From: Asterias rubens
Taxonomy: Eukaryota
Length of the DNA stretch: 64,000 bases
Direction of reading: 5' to 3'
NCBI RefSeq assembly: GCF_902459465.1
Contig: NC_047072.1
Span: forward strand, 558,001 to 622,000
Made by a program: the position numbers and the translations under genes. Positions within the stretch are counted from its first letter, which is position 1, and every line of letters starts with the position of its first letter. The notes under the pieces are model-generated. The model saw only the letters and a program-made list of their open reading frames with translations. It was not told the origin of the DNA and searched no databases. Shown here piece by piece: positions 36,997 to 47,712 of the stretch.

Positions 36997-39900
36997 ATCA
37001 TGGATAGCGTGGATAGAATTGATTAAGGGTCTTGCTGTGATGTTACCAACTCTACAAGAACAATTCAACGCTTCGACTTGGTTAGTTGGCTGGATGATTG
37101 CTATTATAGACGCCAGTATGCAGATTTCAGGTAAAGTTGTAACACTTTAAAGGCACTGGACACTACGTATATATTTACTCAAAATAATTGTGAGGCCCTA
37201 CACTTTAATAATAGAGGTATCACATAAAAAGGCATACGAATTGTATAGACCTTGTCCGTTTTTAATGTTTTTAATGTGTCAATGTTTTTACTGTATGTGA
37301 GCATTTGAATTACCCTTTTGGGATCTAATAAAGACTAATTGGATTGAATTGAATTGAATTGAATTGAATACAACCCAGACACCACTCTTATGGCTAAAGA
37401 ATACACTTTATTTACAGCTGTAAGGCTATATCATAGTTGTTATGTTCATCTCTGCCCCCAAAGTTACGTCTTTTGGTATAGCGCCCTCTCGTGTTGCGCT
37501 AGTGCTCTTCGCCAATAAGTTTTCTGTAGAATTTGGTTTTCGTCAAACCACTCAGTAGAAAGTGCCTCTTTTTCACCTTGAAGGCCGTTTATGACCTGTA
37601 GTTACCTTGAAGTCTATCTAGTGGTAAGCTTGGATTTTATTGTAATGGTATTGTAGATTAATTTTCAGTAAAATGTTGTCTAATTAGCATGTATTTTTCA
37701 GTCATGTTTTCCCGCCGTATCATTTTCCGCCTTCTAGTTTTTCTCTCATTTACGTAGTTTTCGTTCCTTTTGTTCCCTTGATTTATCATTTTTGTGTCAA
37801 GGCCATTGTTAAGCTGTTGGGTAGTTTAGTGAACTAGCTTGTCCAGGCTCCCTTGCTTAGGGATGTTTACTCTTCATGAAGTTCTAGGGCCTTTTTATGG
37901 TTGTATAACTACGCTAATTGTGTGAGTTTAAGACTTAGTTTTTGTTTATAGCAGGGCTTGCCTAAACACTTCCACTCGCCATTTTTATTTTGGACGCTAT
38001 GAATATTCATGAGCTTGTTTCCTTATTTGGGCCTTGCCTGCTTATGACTGGAGGGCTTTCACTCGCTGTGTGTATTGAGTACATTAAATAATTTATGCAT
38101 TGTTGTTTATTTTTAGGTTGAAGATGACGAGAAGAGTAGTGTTTTGAGCAGAGGTTTATATTGTTGAGGACATCTTGAGCCCGAAGAGAGAACAATTCTG
38201 TAAGAGTAATTTCATGCTTGGGAAATTGTTATTTCTTTAATTAAGTGTTTTTTTGGTGATCTTTTTTAGTTATTTGTTATTCCGGATGTTGTTATTGTGC
38301 TATTAATCTTTATTCAGTTTGTACTTAAATATATTGCTCTGTACTTATAGTTGTTGTACTTTCTGCATTAAACTTTCAGTTTTACCGTTTTGTGGTACAC
38401 TACACATTGGTTATCTGTTTGGAGTAGAGGGCGCCCCGGCTCCCCAAGTCCTTCACAATAGTACATGTACAACGAGAGTGGAACTTTATTTGCCTGCGTT
38501 ACGTTGGCGCGTTTACGGTTGTAGCAGGCAGAGGTTGCCTGAACGGTGATCAAAAGCATACCGAAGGGACGGTATGCGCCGGGGAACAAAAACAATATTG
38601 GGAAGTGGGGGTAAAAGGGCATTTCTTTTTGCTAAAACAGCTTTTGAAATTGGGCCAAGGTCATGCAGCCTCCTGGCAAAAAGCCATACCCCATATTGGT
38701 GCAGTGAGGAAGATTGGTGTTGGGTTACAAAGGAAAATCTTGTAAAAGAATTAGACGTGCATTGATTAGAAAGCAAGAGTTAGAAACAGTGGATTGAACC
38801 ACAGTGTACCATGTTACATTGGGATAGAACAGCAGAGAATTATAACGACTTGGAATGCAGGACATTTTGTCAGGAACGGTCATGATCAGGGCCCTATTTA
38901 TTGGCATTGCTCACCGCCGATTATGCGCTTACGATCACTATTCTGCGCTGACCCGGAAATACGCTTGGCGTAAGCACAGATTTCTCCCGCCGCTTCCGTA
39001 AGCGCCGATCCTGTGCTTACGATAAGCAGAGCCATGAACATGGACCCTGTCATTGTATTATCAGAAGAGAGGGGACAGTAGAACAAAGGAACACAAAAGG
39101 AACAATGCTGTCCTCACACTGGACTCCTTTGTAATTTAATGTGTTCACATTTTATTGGAGCATAGTAACAAAAGTTTATAGAGGGACAAAAGATAGTCCT
39201 CACATAGATAGCAATTAATAATGTTACATGTATAGGAAAAGGTTGATACACTGCGGCAGGTACGAAAAAAGGCAAGCGAATGACGGAAAGAAGAGAAAAT
39301 CAGAAACAGTTTGAAGCATGCAGAACAAGAAGATACCTACTAACTGTGACATACAACCATTACATTTAAATAATTATTATAAACATTTTGATAATCAAGC
39401 TACATCTTTTGTCTTGTTTTCTTTAATTACACAGCTTTATTTGCCTCTCCACTACGAGAGAAACTAGGAGTGCGAGTTGTTGTCATGGTGAGTGGGTTAC
39501 TCGTCGGTGGTTCGCTGATAGCTTCGGCTTTTGCTACCAGTTTGTCTCAGATAACGGTTCTTCTCACTCTAGCTGCCGGTAAGTAAGACATGGAATCAAT
39601 TAAAGACACTGGACACATTTGGTCATTGTCATAGACCAGTCTTCTCACTTAGTGTATCTCATATAATGCACAAAATAACAACCCTTTGAAAATTTGAACT
39701 CAACTGTTCGTCAAAGTTACGAGAATAAGGGAAGAAAAAAATACCCTTGTCACACGAAGTTTTGTGCTTTCATTATGCTTGATTTCGAGACCTCAAAATC
39801 AAATTCTGTGGTTTCGAAATCATTTTCAAGTATTTTAGTGAGAAATAACTTCTTTATCGAAAACGACAGTACTTCAGAGGGAGCCGTTTTCTCACAATGT

Positions 39901-41438
39901 TTTATACTATCAACATCTCTCCATTGATTGCTAACAACAAGTAAGTTTTTATGCTAACAATTATCATTACCAATAGTGTCCAGTGCCTCACAAGACATAA
40001 AACAAAGCCTTGTATTCACCTGACATGACGTCAGGGTGTAAACCTGAGCTTAGTTGACAACACTAACGGATGATATTTTCCCCTCCCAACAGGTCCTGCG
40101 GTTGGTTGCTCACTTGTTGTTAGTAAAGAGTTGGTTGGACGCTGCTTTAATGAAGCAAGCACAACAGCTTTTGGCGTGGGAATACTTGGTGGTTCCCTTG
40201 CCTTCGTCACCTGCGTACCCTTAACGCAATTCTTCTTGGATATCTACGGTTGGAGGGGAACCCTGCTGCTATTTGGTGCGATTTTGTCTCATCATGCTGT
40301 TTGTGGAGCTTTGATGAAAGAACCCGCTGTAACAAGAATTAGGCCCAATGACGAATATCAAACAGTTGCTTTAAATGAAGACACCGGTGATGGAGAAGCA
40401 ACATCAAACAGCCGTTGTTGCTCTCGTTTTAACAGCGTTCACTCATTCATCAGCCAGACTTTCAAACTTGGTTTATTCTCCTTACCATAATTTTGGCTTA
40501 TAATAATTATGTGCAACATATGGAAGGTGATGAACACAGCTTGGGTCATATAATTTTGTAGCATACACAACCGTATCCAAGGGGTTTTCACTTGGAGACG
40601 CATCCAACTTTGTCGTCAGTTATGGAATTGGGAGAATACTTAGCAGTATAACTGTTGGTCCGTTGGTCAAAAACTTCAAAGTACTAAGTCTAAGCAACTC
40701 TGCGTGGTTAGGACTTGGACTATTTTTGTCATCTGTGTATTATCTCATAGATCCCTGGCTGATGTCTTTTTGGCCGGTACTTGTGGCAGCTTTCATCTAT
40801 GGGTATTTCAAAGTGTTGGTACACATACAATTTGACCTCGTCGTTATAGAGTCATTTGGTGCTGATCGAATGGGGTTATTTTGGGGTTGGAATGGACTTT
40901 TCACTGGAGTGACCGGGCTCTTCACATTGTATTTCCCAGGTGAGTATTAGAGTCTGATCAAAACTAAATGCTTACCTTTGTACAATGGGAACATGTCAAG
41001 TGATCATTGGGGGTTCGGAGTCAGTCAACACTGAGGGCGTCGTTTTGTTCAAAAGTTGTTTTTAAAGCATACCATGGGCGTCAATCTGTCTTGAAAGATG
41101 GCCGGGGACATCGTTTATTATAGTCATAGCATTTACGGCGTCAGATAAAAAACATTCGTGAACATTTGATCCCCCACCCTTGACAAGTTTAGGGGGCACA
41201 CGTCCCCTGCCCCCCCCCCCCCCCCATTAAAGCCCAAGCAATAACGCACACAACTATAAAGTATTGTCTGTTCATTTTTTTCTCGCCAATAAGAATACAG
41301 AGTACTTTTTTTACCGAGACTTTAACCTGGCCCATCATAATTATCTTATTAATTGCAGGGCTAATCTACGACCTTTATGGTAGTTATACCATAACCTTCA
41401 TTATGATGGGAGGCGTGCAACTTCTCACCTTGCTCTAG
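36997..41438 (+). pseudogene. SLC16-like copy 5, disabled
   Basis: Exon-1 fragment 36997-37130, exon 2 39435-39578, exon 3 40093-40939, exon 4 from 41359. Exon 3 has TCA>TAA at 40488-40490 and a 1-bp insertion near 40552 (847 nt versus 846). Exon 4 has a deletion giving a premature TAG at 41436-41438. Confidence 0.85.
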
Positions 41439-41880
41439 TCTGGCTGCGAAGACGCCGTCCAGTCAGCCTTTGATGGAGATGTCCACTGTCTCACTGTGGT
41501 GGCTCTACTCGCTCAAGTCTGGCCACGAAGACGTCGTCCATCCAGACTCTGATGGGAGGTGTCCACTGTCTCACGGTGATGGATCTACTCGCTCTAGTCT
41601 GGCTGCGAAGACGCCGTCCATCCAGCCTCTGATGGAGATGTCCACTGTCTCACGGTGGTGGATCTACTCGCTCTAGTCTGGCTGCGAAGACGCCGTCCAG
41701 TCAGTTTCTGATGGGAGGCGTCCACTGTTTCACTGTGGTGGCTCTTTTCGCTGTAGTCTGGCTGCAAAAACGACTTCCATCCAGACTCTGATGGGAGGCG
41801 TCCACTGTTTCACTGCGGTGGCTCTTTTCGCTGTAGTCTGGCTGCGAAGACGCCGTCCATCCAGCCTCTGATGGGAGGTG
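41403..41880 (+). repeat. 80-bp tandem array (about 6 units) derived from the last SLC16 coding exon
   Basis: Unit ctgatgggaggcgtccactgtctcactgtggtggctctactcgctctagtctggctgcgaagacgccgtccatccagcct, starting near 41404, 41471, 41549, 41629, 41708, 41788 and 41868. One extra unit also follows copy 1 (18283-18363). Confidence 0.9.
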
Positions 41881-42139
41881 CCCAGCTAACATACGTTGAG
41901 CCAACGTCGGTGGACGTCGGCAAAGTCGGCATCAAAAAACAGACGTTAAATGTCAGTGTTTAAACGTACGAACGTGGTAATATACAACAGTTAGAATTAC
42001 AGCATTGTCTGACGTAGTTATGGTGGTATGGGCAACCTAACGTCGACTAATAGGCCCCACATAGGTTGTGCACAACCTATGTGCTAAACGTCGGGAAAAG
42101 TGTTGTGCAGTGAAAAAAAAAACGATTTACAGACCGGTA

Positions 42140-42840
42140 ACGTAACATCCTCATCCTTAGATTGTACAAACGTCTTGAATTGTTATACCGTATAAATGTA
42201 ACAGGAAAAAACAAAAAAGGAATGCAAACAAAAACCAAGAGGAAAACCACGACTAGGCAAAGCTAGCAGCATTTAGCCAAGAAAGACCCGCGCAAAGCCT
42301 GTCTCTTTTTGACTAGAACTGCAGGCCAAGCAAAGCGAGATTTACTGATTGAAAATGAATGTTTTCAGAGACCTTTTGAACATGGTAACAGAGCTAGAAC
42401 TTTTGGTTGAGTTTGGAAGGGAATTCCACATCCTAGGGCCTGCAACTGAAAATGCTCCGTCTCCTGATTTTCTGGTGGGTCGAGGAATATACAAGTTGCC
42501 CTGTGAACGTAAGTTGCTCTTTGTAGCCCTGGTTTCTAATGAGTTGGAAATGTATGTGGGAAAAGTACCACCAGACATACACTTAAACATGTTTAAGGCC
42601 AATTTGAACATTATTCGTTTTTCTACTGGGAGCCAGTTCAGCTGTTTGATCAGTGGTGAAGTGGGGACATGGTTTGGGTAGGAGAAGATTATACGGGATG
42701 CTCTGTTTTGTATCTTTTGTAACTTGCCTAAATCAGATTGCTTGAGACCACTTAACAAAGAGTTGCAGTAGTCCAATCTGGAGAGTACAAGTGCCCTAAC
42801 AGCGGCGTGACAGGCTTCAGCGTCAATGTACTTCAGCATT
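42140..42840 (-). mobile_element. 5'-truncated non-LTR retrotransposon (L2/CR1 group), C-terminus of the RT ORF
   Basis: ORF 42342-42839: ALVLSRLDYCNSLLSG...LQKIQNRASRII...LNWLPVEKRIMFKL...GDGAFSVAGPRMWNSLP...FKRSLKTF. Confidence 0.9.
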
Positions 42841-44115
42841 ATAGACTGATTGAAAGGTATTGTGTGTGTGTCTTTAATAGTATATTTAATTATGATGTAT
42901 GAATAATGTGATTAATTGACAATAACAAACGACGTATGTTTACACACAAAATGTCCATTGCTGTATAGATTACACATTGGCCCAACGTTGTACCGACATT
43001 GCGTCAGTACCCTGCCAACGTATAGACCTTTATCACGGTGCAGCCATCTTGAATTTCTCCCATTGATGATAATCAATGTTACTATGAGCCGAGGCTAAAA
43101 AAAACAAAATAGTCTGGTTCCTAATTGCAAAATGATTGTTAGCATTCATTATCTATATTCGATACGAGGAACATGACCAAGATGGGGGCAGCATGATAAC
43201 GGCCTATATAGGATGAATGTTTTGAGTTGAGTCGTTGAGAGATCATCGATGCCGGCATTGGGTCAATAATACATGTAATATGAGAAAAATAATAGTACTA
43301 TGTTGTCCCAACGTACTAATTATACGTCAACTGAACATGAGAAGTTGGCCAAACAGAGTCTGACGTCGTGGCACAGTTGGGCCAGCGTTTGCCCAACGAT
43401 GGAAAAAACAACGTCACAGCAACGTCAGTGCATGCTAGAATAATCCATAGAGCCCAGCGATATGATCCATATCGGTGCTGAAATAATCCTTTATGGCTAT
43501 AAGAAGAACAACAACGGTTTTCAGGGTGCCACTAAATAAATAAAAAAATACCGTAATGAAACCTCCTAAAACAATGGTCAAATGAACCCCAACCTCGTTC
43601 ACTAGGTTATACACGCCATACTAAAACCCTTGCCCTGATAAAACCGTCCAGAAGCACAACCATAACTCCCAAAGTTCACTTTTGTAGCATTTTTATAAAA
43701 TGAAGATATATATAGGCCTACTATCATCTTCACTATATAATAGCATTTTGTATTATTCATTTTGAATTACTGTGATTTCTGATTGAATAAAGCTATCTCT
43801 ACCTCCATAAATAAACGTATTTAAAAAGATTATTTGATTAGGGCCCTTTATAGTAGATTGTCATACCATAATGGAGGTCTACCTCCATGGTCATACCGAA
43901 TGTAAGTGACGGTCTTTGACGAACAATTTAAATTCGAATCAAAATGCGGCCCAAACTCCCTCGAGAACAAGAGCACCAAAAGCCGTGCGTACACCTTACG
44001 CAACAACCGACATTGACAGACACGACTGAATGGACGCGTCGATCCATGTGTTGCATCGTTAGTTGTATAGAAATCCACTGTGTTTTGTCGTTTTTATTTG
44101 TAATACTATTTCACC

Positions 44116-45593
44116 ATGCCTGGGTACGAGCTGGCGCTGATTATGAGAGTTATGACGAGGGTAATTATGAGTTAAATAATCAGTGAATTCGCTATCTAAA
44201 TTGTCATTAGACCATCCCATGTATTTGGTAATGATGTTTTGTTAAATTAATTTTAAAAAGAGATCCAACAACTGGGGGGTTCTACCCGTAGCACTAGTTG
44301 TTGCGAATGCGATAACGTTAGTTGCGATCGTAACCCTCCTTCCGACGGTGAAGTCGGGAAGAGGGTTACGTTATCGCAACCCTTAATAAAGCAGTCAGTA
44401 GACCTTTTTTTTGAGTTATGAATATTGGAAGTAATGGTAAAGTACCAGACATTTTTCAAATCTAACTTCCCAGTGGCTCATCCTCATTCATTGGTTATCG
44501 TTTCTGTTTTTTTTTTGTTTTTGTTTTTTTGTGAATTACAGCCGGGTGTAATCGAAGGAGTAAAAAGATCGATAACCTCAATAATTGAAAGAGGAGGAAT
44601 CGTCAAGAAACTTGAAAATCTCGGTGAAAAAAGACTACCGTACAGAATGTTGGCACACACAGAAAGTTTCAGTCGAGGACAGTAAGTTTTTCATTTGTAA
44701 AAATATAAATAATAATTGATTTTTATCTAGCGCTTTGCACACCCGAAGGGCGTCTTAAAACTTAATAAAAGTGCTTCTAACATTACTACCCCTGTTCACT
44801 GGGCATTTTCTCAAACCATCTCAGCTCCCTGGTGAGTATACTGCCTGTGCTACTAAGCTAAAACAATCACAAGATTACTATCAATCTTCCCTAAAAACAG
44901 GTACATGTACCCATTTACTCCTGGGTGGAGAAAAGAGAAGCAATTATAATTTAGTGTCTTGCTCAGTAGGGACACAAGTTTCACGACCGGGACTCGAACC
45001 AACACTGAACAGAAACACCAGAGCCAGTGCTCTTGGTCTTGCCTCTTATCCGATCGGTTAGACACCCCTACAGGGATCAAAAGTCAGCAATGGAGAGCTG
45101 TTGAAAGTATTAAAAAACATTTGAAAAAACAGCTCCCTCTGAAGTAACTTAGTTTTTTTGAAAAATTGTCACAGATTTTTTTTTTTTTAATGCATATGTT
45201 GGGATACACCAAGTGAGAATGCTGGTCGTTGAGGATTACCAAAGGTTACCAGTGCCTTTAAGCAGTTCCATGAAATTGGGCCCTGCTTTTTTTTTTCTTT
45301 TTTTTTTCATTAAAATTTTGCTGCTGCTATTACCTGATATTGTTTTACTTTGCAGTTATTTTGTCGTTGAGTTTGACTCTCCGCCCGATGCCGTCATATC
45401 AATGACAGAGTATCTTCACAGAGACATCGATGTCATACGACCGACCATTCTGCGCAGAGAAACGGAGCGACAAACACCTCCCCCGTGCCGAGGTGCGCAC
45501 AACAGCCTTTACAGACCTTCCACTCGACATATAAAAAATCCAGGAAGAATCAGGAGAGACGTTGAAGAGAAAATTAAAGAGTTGTCAAAATAG
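44116..45593 (+). CDS. MRPS6: Mitochondrial ribosomal protein S6 (bS6m), complete, 3 exons, 140 aa
   Basis: Exons 44116-44160, 44542-44681, 45356-45593; GT-AG, 423 nt. Translation: MPGYELALIMRVMTR-PGVIEGVKRSITSIIERGGIVKKLENLGEKRLPYRM...HYFVVEFDSP...EYLHRDIDVIRPTI, matching human MPRYELALIL...LENLGERALPYRI...YFLVDF...RDIDVIR. Confidence 0.95.
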
Positions 45594-45799
45594 ACGATTA
45601 TAACTTTTTGTTCGATGGGATGCTGCCAGACTAATGAACCCTGACGATGAACACGATTTGTTGAACAATAGTTGTGCAACAGAGATTTTATCTTTTGTGA
45701 GAGATTGCTTAACATCACAAGTTCACAAGGCCTGAAGGCCACTTCACTATTGGGGCAACGCTGAACTGATTTGGGTTAGCCACTCGACTGTCTCAAGGC

Positions 45800-46207
45800 G
45801 CATGTTGCCACCTACTCCTGGGGCCAAAACAGGGGTACCCCCTTCACAGTCCGTAAGGGGGTAAGCATGGGTATCATCCACTAGGAGCCACCTATTCCTG
45901 GTGCTGAAACAGGGTTACCCCCTTCACAGTCCCTAAGGATGTAAGCATGGGTATCATCCACTAAGAGCCACCTATTCCTGGTGCTGAAACAGGGTTACCC
46001 CCTTCACAGTCCCTAAGGATATAGGCATGGCTATCATCCACTAGGAGCCACCTACTCCTGGGGCGGAAACAGGGTTACCCCCTTCACAGTCCGTAAGGAT
46101 GTAGGCATGGGTACCATCCACTAGGAGCCACCTACTCCTTTGGCTGAAACTGGGTTACCCCTTCACACGCCATAAGGATGTAGGCATGGGTATCATCCAC
46201 TAGGAGC
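45800..46207. repeat. 80-bp tandem array, 5 units, downstream of MRPS6 and abutting a SINE
   Basis: 'gccacct' recurs at 45807, 45887, 45967, 46047 and 46127. Confidence 0.9.
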
Positions 46208-47712
46208 CTGGCTGGTAGAGCAGAATGCACTACCTTCCAAACTGTTGACGAAGCAACTATGGTTAAGTGTCTTACTCAAGGGCACAAGTGTCATGACCGG
46301 GATTCGAACCCACACTCTGCTGCTGACAAAACCAGAGCTTGGGTCTGATGAACTAGACCCCTCGGCCACGACACACCATGCCTGTGTGACACTTATGTAA
46401 AGGCCGAAAACGATAACGATCATGATGCAAAGAGAATGCATTCTATTGGTTGAATTGCTCCACGCTGAATACGCACACGCTCATTCAACCTATAGAATAT
46501 GTTCTCTTTGCTCCGTGATCGTTTTCGTCATCGCTGCGATGCGACTCGGCCTTAACTCCAGGCCTGTTACACTAAAGGGTTGGCCCATTGTGAGTGAATT
46601 TTTACACCAGGTCTGAAAATCTATCTTCGAGAGGCCAAGGCCAGTGCTATTTTGGAATAGGCCGTTTATTGGAAAAATCTTGGGTGTTTTAGAGAAATTT
46701 CTGAAGGGGCACCAAGGCCAATACCGGTGGCAACAGAGACCATGGCCTCTATCGCCGTTGTGTCATTCCAGGTTTTTTGTATTACTTCTTACACTTCTAC
46801 ATGTATAACAGAAGTATTTGAAGCATGATGAGCCTGGTTCAATGACCTACCTAAGCACTGGGGTTTGACTTGTTAGATTCTATTGTAATCACTTTTCAAA
46901 ACAATGCATGCTATCTGAAAATAAACCATTTGCTTTATAAATAAGCCTGAGCAATGAGTACAACAGTTATTATAAAGAAACTAAGTAAAGACAATTAGAA
47001 ATGTACCCCCCCCCCCCTTGTGAGCTAAAATTGAAATCGAAGTCAAGTACTCAAATCAAATAGTAATGCAGCGGCACTCCTTCGGATTCAAAGAGGGCTC
47101 TAGAAATTATAGAAGTCGGGAGAATTTTGTTTTCCCTCCTGTTTCAAAAGGGGAAAAAAAACCAATTCATCACAACAATTTTTTTATAAAACACTGCCCG
47201 GGGAGGAAAATTCGTCGGCAGAGGGCGCTCGCTTTATTTGTAATTCGGTGTTTTTTTCATCTAGTGACCTCATCTCATGGGGTTAAAAGCCAATGTAAGT
47301 CAGACAAACACAGGTGTATGTAGGCTAATTTATTTGTGAGTGGGCAACATTTGAAATTAACCACAGCATATCAGTAACAGTGATACCGTGCAAAAAGACT
47401 GACTTAAATGCAATGATTTGGTTAAAAATCGTTGGCAGAAGAGGACAGTTCAACTTCCTCCTGTTGACAAAATTTTCGCCATTAAACTGGAGAGTTGTCG
47501 ACGGTAGAGGTCGCTGTTACTCACGTGTAAGACAAAAACATTCGTGCTTTACTTTGTTGTTCGACGGCTTGTGTTCTGACTCTGAGCTTTATCTTTTGGC
47601 ACCGAGAAAGTCAACACAAAGTGGGGTACAATACGTTCGAAAAGGACAAGAAGCTGGGCAGTGTTTAGCTTCCAGATTTTACAGTTTGGGTCCGAAGAAA
47701 ACCTCAAGGAAA

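Noticed and set aside
44161-44541. Nested SLC5A3-like gene in MRPS6 intron 1, as in human
   Set aside because: The intron is only 381 bp and has no transporter ORF.
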